A DNA stretch of 64,000 bases from Ruditapes philippinarum (Eukaryota), in NCBI RefSeq assembly GCF_026571515.1, contig NW_026865718.1:124001-188000 (forward strand), written 5' to 3'. The translations under genes and the position numbers were made by a program. How positions within the stretch are numbered: position 1 is the first letter of the stretch; each line of letters begins with the position of its first letter. Below are positions 12,301 through 24,405 of the stretch, piece after piece. The notes beneath the pieces were generated by a model, which did not search any database, had not been told where the DNA came from, and saw only the letters and a program-made list of their open reading frames with translations.

Positions 12301-13471
12301 GCACAAATACCATAGGTAACTAGTAACTTAACATGAATTTCCCTGGTAAAGAGTAACATTACAGGAATACCCAAGGTAAAAAGTAACTAAATTTATATCC
12401 CAGGTAAATAGTTACTTTGCACAAATACTCCAGGTGAACAGTAACTTAACATGAATATCACAGGTAAATAGTAGCATTACACTTACACTACAGATAAAAT
12501 TGTTGAATTGTTTGAATTGTAATTGAAAATCATGAACTGTTACAGCATTGTTATAGAATATCCCAAACCTATTAACTGAAACTGTAAATGTAGTCATAAA
12601 ATAAAAAGTTCATATTTAGTCCTCTATATATTAAATATTCATAAGTACAATTTTGTTTACATATACATATATGTCCTTAAATTATTCACAACAAATTATT
12701 TCAGGTAAAGCATGTTCCTCTCATTGATATTTTCAGGCAATTATAGATGCAGTCTATTATTGATTAAATGATGTTTGCTAACTGTCTAATTTCCATACAT
12801 TACAGATAGATAAAGTGGAGATTACTCTACCAAACAAGCATTACTTTGATATAGATTTCTCCAGATTTCCCAAACTTGAGTTTAGTGGCTGCAATAACAC
12901 TCAAGTAAGTTGTGTTTGGTTTTTTAATGCGGGGAAAAATATAGCATTGTACTTGTTCTTTTTAATACTGTTTCTCTTACATGGACTATGTTTTGAAGTG
13001 TTACCAACATGTTATTCTTATATAAGATTGAATATGGGGCATCTGTGGCTGAGTGATTAAACTACTTGCCCTTCACTGTTGTGGGTTCGAATGTCAACAG
13101 GGACTTTGGATTCTTTCATGTGAGGAAGCTATCCAGCTAGCTTATGGAACGTAAGTGGTTCTACTCAGGTGCCCATTAGTGCAAGTAAAGCAGGAAGGAC
13201 CTACACTGTGTTGGTGTTATGTAAAACCCTACCAAAATAAAAAGGGTGAAAATTATATTATGCTTGCCATATGGGCTGAATATGGTCAGTTCTCTCTAAG
13301 CTGAAAGCAAATATTTGAATAACAGCATGTTAACTTGATATTGTAGGATACATATATAAACATATGTATATTGTATCTGTTTTATTATATTTTAAGGTGT
13401 ATATGGCCGTTGACAAACCCTCTGGAAATATCCATGCTGTTGTACAGAGGAGCAAAACTTCCAAATTGTAG
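6278..13471 (+). CDS. UOX: Urate oxidase (uricase), 8 coding exons: 6278-6379, 7932-8057, 8774-8890, 9829-9907, 10602-10788, 11308-11431, 12806-12904, 13397-13471 (909 nt, 302 aa)
   Basis: Manually spliced at GT-AG junctions with consistent phases. Uricase motifs YGK, IIATDSQKNTV, EEYPW, LRVLKTTQSAF, TLP..DDRI, YSASVQNTLY, LPNKHYF and DKPSGNI are present, and the protein ends in the peroxisomal PTS1 SKL-stop. Confidence 0.96.
6690..7820. repeat. Minisatellite, about 34-bp unit (ttattcactcaccatggttatcaacttactgtag), in uricase intron 1
   Basis: About 30 tandem units visible. Confidence 0.95.
7932..8057 (+). CDS. UOX: Uricase coding exon 2 (ELEVCTALTL...IIATDSQKNTVHVLAKQHG)
   Basis: tttacag acceptor, GTATGT donor, catalytic TD motif. 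Confidence 0.95.
8124..8456. repeat. Minisatellite, about 29-bp unit (gatatgttatatggctcataaagacatt), in uricase intron 2
   Basis: Tandem units visible. Confidence 0.85.
8774..8890 (+). CDS. UOX: Uricase coding exon 3 (VKNIEKFALILSNHFLRKYPHV...EEYPWKRVDI)
   Basis: tttcag acceptor, GTAAGT donor, 39 codons in phase 0. Confidence 0.93.
9029..9193 (+). mobile_element. 5'-truncated degenerate SINE copy in uricase intron 3
   Basis: ttcatgtggg..tatccagctagcttatg...ttcttcctc...aagcttgaaagtc..catatga...tgtgttggtgc plus (caa)n tail. Confidence 0.6.
9829..9907 (+). CDS. UOX: Uricase coding exon 4 (NGEKHVHAFQFVRDCLRVCEVTQKRG)
   Basis: tttcag acceptor, GTAACA donor, HVHAF motif. Confidence 0.92.
10602..10788 (+). 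CDS. UOX: Uricase coding exon 5 (EPLVRAGIRDLRVLKTTQSAF...DDRIMST...FDKA)
   Basis: Lies within ORF 10556-10801; uricase signature LKTTQSxF; AG/GT boundaries in phases 1 and 2. Confidence 0.96.
11308..11431 (+). CDS. UOX: Uricase coding exon 6 (EAVKATILEKFAGPPDTGVYSASVQNTLY...TRIPQ)
   Basis: FAGP..GVYSxSVQxTLY motif; donor CAG|GTAAAT at 11431/11432. Confidence 0.93.
11415..12480 (+). repeat. 30-bp minisatellite (ttacacaaataccccagGTAAATAGtaact) derived from the uricase exon 6/intron 6 junction
   Basis: The first unit is the true exon end plus donor; about 35 units follow. Confidence 0.95.
12806..12904 (+). CDS. UOX: Uricase coding exon 7 (IDKVEITLPNKHYFDIDFSRFPKLEFSGCNNTQ)
   Basis: PNKHYF motif with catalytic His; tacag acceptor and GTAAGT donor. 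Confidence 0.94.
13037..13243 (+). mobile_element. Degenerate copy of the same SINE family in uricase intron 7
   Basis: gtggctgagtgattaa (A-box), gggttcgaat (B-box), tgtgaggaagctatccagctagcttatggaa...gtggttctactcaggtgccc, A-rich tail. Confidence 0.8.
13397..13471 (+). CDS. UOX: Uricase last coding exon (VYMAVDKPSGNIHAVVQRSKTSKL*)
   Basis: DxPxGxI motif; PTS1 SKL then TAG. Confidence 0.93.
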   Translation: MYMAVDKPSGNIHAVVQRSKTSKL

Positions 13472-14153
13472 ACTGGTTTGTTAAGATGAGAAATTTGACT
13501 ACACTGTATTGGGTGCCGTAGAGAAATGTATTCAGTAATGGACACAGTTGATACAAAAATCTGTAAAAAAAATAATATTGTTTGTGACAATGTGATGTTG
13601 TTGTATCAGAATATCTCCCACCAAATAGTCTTCAATTTTTCTCTGTTCAAGAAATATTTATCTTAGGTCATTTTGTAAAATATGTGTTTTGTTGGTTGCC
13701 GTTATGTAATTTATATGTTGAAAATAATGTAAACCCATCTCGTTTTTGTTGTGATTGTGATAATCAGATGTTTCTTTGTTGAATATATACATGTATGTAT
13801 ATATACATACCCGCTGGTAAAAGATTTGGTCTTGTTTCAGCAATTTAACAATATTTTAATGATGACCTATTGATGACTTATTTTTTTTAGTATTTTTAAC
13901 AAGTAGTTCCAGTTATTTCATTTATTTTTTTATTTACTTAATTTTTTTTTAGTAGGTGATTGTGTTAACTTGGTTTCATAGAACTAGAAAGGTTTTTCTT
14001 TTGTTTCTTCGTATCTTTTTTTTTTCCAAAAAATTATAATACTTTTATAGTTATTTAAGTGACAAAACATACAGTTCATATCAAAAGTATACAATATGCA
14101 CAGAGTATTATTATAAACATTTATAGGATGTAAACTTGTATATTTTTTCATTT

Positions 14154-15240
14154 TTTGTGTCGCCTTGAAAAGGTGACATATAGGGGTTACTTTTGTCGTC
14201 GGCGTCTGTGTCATTGTCGTTGTCGGCGTCCCCTAAAGCTTGTCCGGAGCATAACTCAGTCACTATAAGTCTGATTGACTTCAAACTTGGTATGCATGCT
14301 TCTTTCAAAAACCTGAAGTGCAGTGCACAAGGACCGGTACTCTGCAGTTCTTATTTTTTGAGTTATTGCCCTTTGTTAATTTTCATACTTTAATTTTGTC
14401 CGGGCCATTTCTCTTCAACTAAAAAAGCTATGGACTTGAAACTTCATAGGATGATAGATCTAATTAAGAAGAAGTGCAGTGCACAAGAACCGGTACTCTG
14501 CACTTCTTAATTTTTGAGTTATTGCCCTTTGTTAATTTCATACTTTATTTTTGTCCAGGCCATTTCTCCTAATGTATAAAAGCCATGGACTTGAAACTTC
14601 ATAGGATGATAGGTCTCATAAAGAAGAAGTGCAGTGCACAAGAACAGGTACTCTGCATTTCTTATTTTTTGAGTTATTGCCCTTTGTTTATTTTCATACT
14701 TTAATTTTGTCCGGGCCATTTCTCCTTAAGTATAAAAACTATGGACTTGAAACTTCATAGGATGATAGATCTCATTAAGAAGAAGTGCAGTGCACAAGAA
14801 TCGGTACTCTGCATTTCTTAATTTTTGAGTTATGGCCCTTTGTTAATTTTCATACTTAATTTTTGTCCAGGCTATTTCTCCGAAAGTATAAAAGTTATGG
14901 ACTTGAAACTTCATAGGATGATAGATCTCATTAAGAATAAGTACAGTGCATAAGAACTGATACTCTGCATATCTTATTTTTTGAGTTATTGCCCTTTGTT
15001 GATTTTCTTACTTTATTTTTGTCCTGGTCATTTCTCCTCAAGTATGAAAGCTATGGACTTGAATCATCATAGAATGATAGATCTTATTGATAAGAAGTGC
15101 AGTGCACAGATATGCTGCTCTGCACTTATTATTTTTTTAGTTATTGCCCTTTGTTATTTTTCATATTTCATTTTTGTCCTGGCCATTTCTCCTAAACTAC
15201 ATTGTTCACAAGGCGACACATCCGACTCGCGGAGTTCTAG
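14154..15240 (+). mobile_element. Helentron-associated non-autonomous element (HINE/DINE-1/DTC84-like) with an internal tandem array of about 156 bp (about 5.5 units)
   Basis: 12-bp sub-terminal inverted repeats tgtgtcgccttg (14156) and caaggcgacaca (15209); 5' hairpin tgtcgcctt..aaggtgaca; gtc-type microsatellite; 3' hairpin actc-gcg-gagt then ctag; inserted in a T run. Confidence 0.85.
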
Positions 15241-15342
15241 TTTTGTATTCATTTTTTGTTTCTATATAATCCAGAGCAATATTCATTGAATGCTGTTTTA
15301 TTTTATTTTTTGTTGTTTGTTTTGTTTTCTATTGTACACATT

Positions 15343-15547
15343 CAATGGAACCTCTGTACAGCAATACCCTCTTTACAACAATACACTCATTATAACAATA
15401 CCCTCATTATAACAAACCTATTTACAACAACAGTACCTTTTTTCCAAATGGAAGACTTCAAATTGAATTTAACCTCTCCAGAGCAGAACCTTGTAATAGC
15501 AACCAAAGTCGTCTCCCAAAGGGTGTTGCTGTGCAAAGGTTGAGCTG
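15343..15547. mobile_element. Degenerate MITE with imperfect TIRs (Tc1/mariner-like ends)
   Basis: aacctctgtacagcaataccct versus agggtgttgctgtgcaaaggtt. Confidence 0.45.
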
Positions 15548-17021
15548 TATACCCGGGAATGTATTAATAAAATTAGATAAGTAAAAATTTTAATTGACTT
15601 AAACAGCTAATAGTGACACATATAAATTCTTAATTGTTGGCGGGTTAGTTCTGCAGTACAATTTTATTTTTCTATGATTTACTGAGGGGAAAAAACTGTG
15701 ATAATTTTGCTAACATTAATGCCAGAATATAAACAAAGCCAGGTCATAGCTTTTTGTTTGTCTTTTTTATTGTTGATAGTTTTTCATCCTGTTTTGGCAT
15801 TCAGTTTAAATTTCAACATCAAAACAGGGTTGTATGTTTTTAAAGTAAGTCTAGTCAACATAGCTTTTATTCTTATTGAAGACCATTTACCTCATGAAAT
15901 GTTACTTAAAGTTATGGTAACTGCAAATGAATCTTTGTTACAAGGTGTCCTATTTTATGATGTGTTGTCTTAGTGCAGTAATGAGTTTCATCACATGCCC
16001 GTGCCGCTTTTGCACAGCCACGAGGTGATGCCATTTGCGTTATACAAAAATAGTATAAAGTTGCGCTAAATTTTAGCGTTATACTATAGGTGCATCGATG
16101 AAAAATGACTCTTTCTCACTTAAACAGCCTTTACTCTTGGTATGTGATGAAAAGAATATTAAATTTGTGAATGTTTATTACTGAATTTATTGAACTCGCT
16201 GAATAAAATAATATCCTGCTCACCAGAGCCTCACACAATATAATTTTATTCAACTCGTTCAATAAATTCAGTATTGAACTTACACTCATTCAATATCGTC
16301 TATATCTTATATTAAATATTAATAGGAGTTAACCTATTACTGCACATGTGCATGATTGTCCTATAATTATGTAATGCAAATTTACTAAATACTTGCCTTG
16401 CTGTTAATACATAGTTTTTAAAAATATGTTTATTAATTAATAAGTTTGAGGTGTTATGAATTATTTAAAATCTTTTTGCGTCAAAATTGACTTAACAACT
16501 GTTTCTTGAAAAAACTTGGAAGATATTCAAAGAAAAAATCTCTAAAAGTCACGAAAAACTTTGCTGTAATGGTGCTTTGTGACATACAGGTATTGCAATT
16601 TTGTGAACTGTTTATGTGTATATGGCATGTTTTCTTGATTGAATGCAATGTTATCATAAATATAATTACATGAACAAAGACAGTGTTATTTTGTTTTCCT
16701 TAAAATATGAGGTAGAAGCTGTCCCCTTGGTTAAATCTCTGAATTTATGAAATCGGCTCAATTAAAACTTTTAAACATTTGTCAACTTCGTAGTATAAAC
16801 GGGCAAGTGCACTTAGAGCTGAGGACTGGACTATCTCAGCTCTGATATTTGAAAATAAATTTTTCTAAAAGTACATAAAGTGATTCATTATAAAAGTAAT
16901 TTTCATGTACATGTATTGCATTGATGCATACTTGTACATTGTTATCATTGTTATTCTCTTTTTAATTTTGAATATTCCTTATGATGTTATATAATTATGA
17001 CTCCAAACACAGTGTTATTAA

Positions 17022-17338
17022 AGCTGCATTCCTCCAGATTTGCCGAAATATTTTTAAAAATCAAACTCGTGAAAAATGTACTACAATTACATAAAAAGTA
17101 AAAGGATTCAAGTTATAATTTACATGTTATGTGCGATTAAGAACTGATTTGCAGTATTTATTATCATGTTTCTATAGCATGACTCTGGCCATAAGGACAT
17201 TGTTTTGCATATTTTGACCGCATTTGGTTATTTACATTGGATTGTAAGTGCTGTTTGCAATGTGTAAATAAGTGTCTTTGTTCACTTCACAATATTTTAC
17301 TTTTTAAATAATCAGCAGGAATCTTGAAGCATGCGGCT
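17022..17338. mobile_element. TTAA-flanked MITE, family X copy 2
   Basis: TTAA|agctgcattcctccagatt ... aatcttgaagcatgcggct|TTAA; shares aatcaaact.gtgaaaaat and ataatttacatgttatg with 1901-2272. Confidence 0.72.
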
Positions 17339-18122
17339 TTAACTTCAGAAAAATGATCTGAACAGTATGGGTGTTTATCACATACTTGTGTCAATTTTAT
17401 GACTTCGTAAAAAATGGTATTGCACAGTTGTGCATATATTTAGAGTTGACGTCATGTGCATTTTATCCTGTCACTTGGTTCAATTTCGACCCGATAACAA
17501 GGTGCCGTATATTTTTACTGATCTACGGCACTTGATCACGTGGTATGCATGTTTGCCGGACTACTTTTCAAGAAAAATATAAAAACTGTCGTTAAATCTT
17601 CTGTGTGGAGAATAACGAGTTTTGGAAACGTTGATAAAACTTTGTTTGTTTATTTTATTTCACTCTATAATTTTTCAAGCGAAATAAAAATTATTAAAAG
17701 TGAAAAAAATGTAAAACTTAACTCGTTTGCGACATTAAAATAGCGTACTTGATTTGATTGTTTTGCACGTGCTGTTTGGCGCTACATTGTGACGTCACGT
17801 AAACAATACTTTAAACGTCTGTACAGCGTTAACGACTGAATAAAAAATATTGGTGTTCGGATTCATTTTCTTAGTTAGACCATTTTCTTTCTTTCTAGAT
17901 AGTTTTCACAACAAAATTCGACAAAAAATTGTGTTTATTTATCACATTTTTCAAACAAAATGGCGCCCTCAATGTGAAAATACACAGGGAGATAATAAGA
18001 ACGGCGAGTACATTGTTGTAGAAAAATTAGAGCCTTCTTTGTTTATATAGAAACATTTCCGATAGTGAGATTAAAGGAAGTTCGCTTAATAAAATTCTTT
18101 AAAAAAACGGTGACAGGATAAG

Positions 18123-18270
18123 TAGAATAATAGATTGGTGCCGTGGATGGAGAAAGTTTATCTGGCTCTGCTCCGGAATTTATTGGGTTCGCCTTCGGCT
18201 CACCCAATAAATTCCTCCGCCTCGCCAGATAAACTTTCTCCATCCATGGCACCAACCTATTATTCTCTAT
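18123..18270. repeat. Long foldback palindrome of about 150 bp (MITE-like)
   Basis: agaataatag.ttggtgcc.tggatggagaaagtttatctggc pairs with gccagataaactttctccatccatggcaccaacctattattct; inner arms ggaatttattggg / cccaataaattcc. Confidence 0.85.
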
Positions 18271-19941
18271 ATACAAACATAGTGTAAAGACGCGCTGAAT
18301 GTTAGCGTTAAACTATAGGCGTGTCAATGAAAAATGATTTTTTTGTGCTTTAAACAGTCTTTATTTTGGGTATATGATATATAGAATATTACATTCATGT
18401 AGGTTCATTATTTAAAATTTATTCAAATTTATTGAACTCATTGAATAAAATTATATTATGCTCGCAAGAAGCACACGTAATATAATTTTATTCAACTTGT
18501 TCAATATATTAATTATTGAACCTACACTCATTTAATATCCTCTATTTATGCCCAGCACATTAATACTAAGAATGACTTTGACCTGTAAAAATTTTATTTT
18601 TGAAATTTGCAAATCTCAGCATGTTTTTGTTATTTAAAATTTGAGAAGGTGTTAGAGGTTTTATGTGTAACAACTTCCTTTTGTTTTATTTTCTGAAATG
18701 ATAGGAAATAATTTATTTACTTGTGTGCATAGATTGCAATTCTTTTATATATATAATGCATATATTCAGAAACATTTTTGTTAAACCATTTATTATTCAG
18801 ATATATTATGATTGTTTTAATGCAGTTTTTGTTTCATAGATGTTGTAATGGTTTTGTGTTAATTTCTTTCAGGGTCCCTCATGGCCTTGTTACAATTCAT
18901 TTTGCCACTACTTGACGGTACATGTATATATTGTAGAAAAAAGTTGAATACATTAGTTTCATAAATGAAGAAATTGAATTTTAATCTTTTACTGACATAA
19001 AGGTCAAATTGAAATGTCCTAAAAATGTCAACTTTTATGGATCTTACTAAAAATTCTAGGGAGGAATACCACTAGAATGGCTGATGCTAGAGATATTCCA
19101 TAGAGTTCCAGTGGTATTCCTGATTTCCACTGGAATCCATTGTTATTCCACTGGTATTCTAATGACATTTTTTTCTCACACAGAGTCATAGACTTGTTAG
19201 TTACACTAACTGTTAGTTACAGTTGAAGGGTTATCTTTATTATTATTTATTGCTTTTAGCATAATTGTTTATATAAATGGACCTCATATGTGATACAAGT
19301 ACTAAACAGAATTATAGATCTACCACCTTTATGTGCTGTCATCTGCAATGTTTATGCATATCATTTGCATGTGAATATTAACACTTTAATATGACTATAT
19401 TTACTGTTAAAGCAGCTTGTCACTAGGTTTCTGAAAACTTTGAATTGTTCTAATAAAATGTTGTCAAGTTAACAAATGTAGTGATTTCACTTAAAAATGA
19501 ATTTATCATGCAGGTATCCCTTGCTTTCACAAAATTAAAAAAAAAAAAACATCACTTGCATATGTTTGTGTGTATTCTATAAGCTTATTGAGGGTCTATC
19601 CTCTCTTTCAGGCACTGAAGGTACGGAACCATCTGTTTCCTATTCCCAGTCTGTTTCCTATTTGGTTTCTATATCATATGTATGTGAACAAACAATTATT
19701 CTGCCAATTTCAGACAGCACAAAGATAGCTTAATTTCCTCTGATATGGATTTTATTCAAGAATTAATTATGTGTTTAAGTTTCTTTACTTTAATCACAAT
19801 TTTTTTTGAAAGCCAGAATGGCTGGAATGTGAAACAATTTTAAAGGGAATATACCCAACATAATAATGTTTGGGGACTTCTTATATACATTTATGTAGTC
19901 AGCTGTTATGTTGTGTTTATTTTAAGATTGAAATTATTAAG

Positions 19942-20132
19942 ATATGAGCCACGCCATGACAAAACTAACATAGTGTGTTTGCGACCAGCATGGATCCAGT
20001 TTCTCTACTTGTAATATGGTTTGTGAGGGAACAGCATGGATCCTGATCAGATTTTTGTGGATGTGCAGGCTGGTCTGGATCCATGCTGGTCGCAAACACA
20101 CTATGTTGGTTTTGTCATGGCGCGGCTCATAT
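19942..20132. mobile_element. MITE with long TIRs (tgagcc.cgccatgacaaaac...), copy 1
   Basis: About 55-bp terminal inverted repeats; second copy at 22176-22336. Confidence 0.85.
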
Positions 20133-20384
20133 AATGACCACCTGTGAATGCAGACCAGGAAAACTTTTATGACCACCATTCTATTTTTGTTTATGTCAAT
20201 CATTGTGCAGGAGTTACCTGTATTGAGAGACCTGTCAACAAGGATTGCTTATGTTGAGGTTACACATTTCTACTGTAGAGGTTTGATTGTTGTTACAAAG
20301 AGACTTGACATTGTTATTTGAAGGTTTGGTTTCCATTATGCAGGGGTTTATGGTTGTAATATAGATGTTTAACTGTGGTAGTTA

Positions 20385-21455
20385 GATGCTTAACATCGTT
20401 ATTAGATACTTGACATTGTTATAAGATACTTGACATTGTTATAACATACTTGACTTTGTTATAAGATATTTGAGTTAATTATTAGATACACTTGACATTG
20501 TTTTTTAAGATACTTGACATTGTTATAAATTACTTGACATTGTTATTAGATATTTGAGTTAATTGATAAATACACTTGACATCGTTATAAGATACTTGGC
20601 ATTGTTACAAGAAACTTAACATCGTTATAACATACTTGACATCAAATTAGATATTTGACATTGTTATTAGATACCTGGACATCGTTATAAGATACTTTAC
20701 TTTGTTATAAGATACTTGACATTGTTATAAGATACCTGGACATCATTATTAGATTCAATGTACATGACATTGTTATAAAATACTTGACATCTATATAAGA
20801 TACTCAACATTGTTATAAGATACTTGATATTGTTATAAAATACTTGACATCGTTATGAGATACTTGGCATTGTTATAAGATATTCGACATCGTTATAAGA
20901 TACTTGGCATCGTTATAAGATACTTGACATTGTTGTAAGATACTTGACATCATAATTAGATACAATGTTATAAGATACTTGCCATTATTATAAAATACTT
21001 GACATCTATATTGGATACTCGACATTGTTATAAGATACTTGACATCGTTATAAGATACTTGACATCGTTATAAAATTCTTGACATCTATATTAGATACTG
21101 GACATTGTTATAAGATACCTGGACATCGTTATAAGATACTTGACATCGTAATAAGATACTTGACATTGTTATAAAATACTTGACATCTATATTAGATACT
21201 TGACATTGTTATAAGATACCTGGACATCGTTATAAGATACTTGACATCGTTATAAAATACTTGACATCTATATAAGATACTCAACATTGTTAAAAGATAC
21301 TTGACATTGTTATAAGATACTTGACATTGTTATTAGATACTTGACATTGTTATTAGAAACTTGACATTGTTATTAGATACTTGACATCCTAATTAAATAC
21401 TTGACATCCTTATAAAATATCAATAAAAATCAATATTAGAAACTTGACATCGTAA
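20385..21455. repeat. Minisatellite, 20-bp unit (gatacttgacattgttataa)
   Basis: About 50 tandem units visible. Confidence 0.95.
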
Positions 21456-22175
21456 TGTAGGGTCCGGAAATTTAAATATTTAGTGGTAAACTACCATCAT
21501 GTTGAGGCATCCTCCATGTACAATTGGGTTTGAAGCAATGTATAGTGAAACTACGTGTGTATAACCACTAGGTGGAAAGTAAAGTCTTTGTTGAATGAAG
21601 GTCTTTTAATGCAGGTATATCTGTACCATTACAATTGTTATTTTTTTATTTAAATGGATGAGGGCAATATTTTTCCTTAATATAATTTTCTTGTTTTTCG
21701 ATTTTGTGAAGAAAATAAATAATAACAAGGAATTGTTTTGTTGTAATTTGTTTACAAGTTTTGATGAAGTTGGTTGTGTCTAACTGACTATGTGGCACTC
21801 GACTACCTAACATTACTTTGCTGGGGGACAGCTACTGCTAGCTACAGCTAGGTAGCTCCTCTTTTATATTGTTTTTTTTTTTCTGTGAAATAAAATTGGA
21901 CAACAAAATGAGAGAATCACTGTAAGAGAGTATGATTTTTTTTTCTTCTAAAAATATAACAGTGTAGATATGTCGATAATTACTTGTGTTGCCTAGCAAT
22001 ATTCTTGTCTTTACAAAAAAGCCACCTAACATTTATAGTGCTTCATTTAGACACTTAGGTGGCTACAGGAACGGTAGGTAACTGTTTTTTCCCCTTGATG
22101 TCATTAATTTTGTAAGCTGTTAAATAGCGAAATGAAAAATAGGTAAAACGATAGAGTGGCCACCTAAAAATCCAA

Positions 22176-22336
22176 ATAAGCCGCGCCATGACAAAACCAA
22201 CACAGTGCGTTTGCGCACAGCATGGATCAAGACCAGCCTGGATCGAACAGTATGAATCCTGACCAGACTGCGCGGAGTCTGGATCCATGCTGGTCGCAAA
22301 CGCACTGTGTTGGTTTTGTCATGGCACGGCTCAAAT
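22176..22336. mobile_element. MITE with long TIRs, copy 2
   Basis: agccgcgccatgacaaaaccaacacagtgcgtttgcg ... cgcaaacgcactgtgttggttttgtcatggcacggct. Confidence 0.85.
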
Positions 22337-24405
22337 GTAAGCACGCCCCTCGGACACAGAAGATAAATACTAATCTCTACATGTGTCTGTGTTTATTTCG
22401 GATTAGAATTTATGCCCGAAAGTTGATTCTACATAGAAACATGAATTTTCCCAAACAGAACTGCATCGTATTTCAATACTTCATGTAGTTATGAATATGA
22501 TTTTGAAAATTAAAAAAAAAAATTGTACAGCCCGATCAATGTTAAATACTTGATATATAAAGAATGCTTTCGGTAAATAAGCAACCTTTCAACTCCGCGT
22601 TAAAGTTAAAAATATTACACGGGCTTGCCCATCTTTCAACCCGTCATTTTTTTAAAGGAAATTGCAAAATTCACGGATCGTATAGCGAACAGCGCAGACA
22701 AAGATTAGACGGCACAAATGTGCAAGTTAACCTTAGTCTGCACTGGTCGCATGGGCAGGCTATGGGATTAAAATAGTTCATTCGAAGTGTTTCTTAAAAG
22801 TTTTTATCAGTTCTCTTGTTCAGCACTTTTCCTTCCCATGAGAAATAATTTAGTCCATATTTATTCAGTACAATTTTATCTTTTCGATCTCATTAAAATA
22901 TAGTCAAATGGGTAATGTATTCACTTTAAATATTCCATCCAGCAAAATATTCCATCCAGCAAAATATTTCTTCAGTTTCATGAACGTGTTCTAATCGGTT
23001 CTCCTTAATATATATCAAAGTGCTGCAGCACTGAATGCGACGGACATGCAACCGGAGAGACACCAAGGCTTCTTTTAGAAAAACAAAACAAAACAAAAAC
23101 AAAACACAAAATATATAACAGAGAAAAATTTGTTCCATACAAGTTCGAGATTTGTAGAGCAAAAAATTTTGTGTCCCAAATTGATATAATTCAGATTTTC
23201 TACTTTCAAGCACTTAAATACAGAATGAAATTTATGCCTAAAAACTCTGGTCAAACTTGTAAATCAGTGTCCTAATCGATTTATTCTAAGAAATGATATG
23301 TAAATAGAAAAAAAACTATCAACGAAATATTTCTAGAATAAATCCAGGCAAATAAACTTCAAACATAATACATTGTACATTTGAGAATGCTATTTAGAAT
23401 TGCTTCGTGTTTTATCATAGTGGGCATACAGACAATAAAATATAAGTCATTTGTATTTTTATTTCTCTTGGATATGTCTCATTAAAAAAAATTGGTTAAA
23501 ATCATCAGCAATTAATAGTGTATTTCTTAGATTTTTTTATTTACAAGGTAAAGATGTAGAGGCCAGAGCACATCGTTTTTATTTTAATTTAAATGTCACT
23601 TAAGCACTACAGTGTTTACTTGTCCTTTTCAACTTCACACTAAATTCCATTTTCAACTTGTTTGCTTCTTACAATTGTATAGCATTTCTAAAAGTATTGC
23701 ATTACAATCCGCTGGTTTATTAATTACTATTAATGTGTACTTCCTAATCGCCTGTCCAAAAATCAGAACAGGTAAAGCAGAATCTATTTTTAGAATATCG
23801 AAGGTTAACTCATATCATGACCTAGTAAAATATGTAAACAAACCACGAGAATCGGAAGTAGAACTGATATTATAACTTCCTTACCATGATTTCAAGACTA
23901 CATGGCGGTAAAGTGTCTTACATGCATTTTCAAAAATAGATATTTATACTAGCCATTGAACTGTATCTAATATATTAATAACTGCTGAATATTCAGCTAA
24001 ACCCGCGGTATGAGTCACGAAAATAGTTCTTCTTTTATTAATGCGCGAGTTATCCTAGAGTCACGAAAAACTTTTGATTTGTTAATAATAATGTTTTGTA
24101 TAATGTAGAAATATTTATTTCCTACTAATAATGTCATGGAACTCAGAGGTTACACCTTTATTGTAGTATAATTTGCTGTCCTACTTTTTCGACAGCGGTA
24201 AATCGTTTCAGCAGTAATTTGCATATTGCGCAATAATACTACAAGACTACAACGTTTTTATCAATAATATACGTTCATATTTTAACTTGGATAACTTAAT
24301 TTGAAATTGAAAAGGCTAGATATGGAAGACATTAAGATATCCAGACAAAGTATGGGAGTTTTGAAGGATCAAATTCATGTACTATTTCTTGGGCTGTTAA
24401 TTGGT

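Noticed and set aside
11281-12374. ORFs 11281-11892(-), 11363-11905(+), 11910-12374(-) and 12124-12306(-) as independent genes
   Set aside because: They are translations of the 30-bp minisatellite; only 11308-11431 is a uricase exon.
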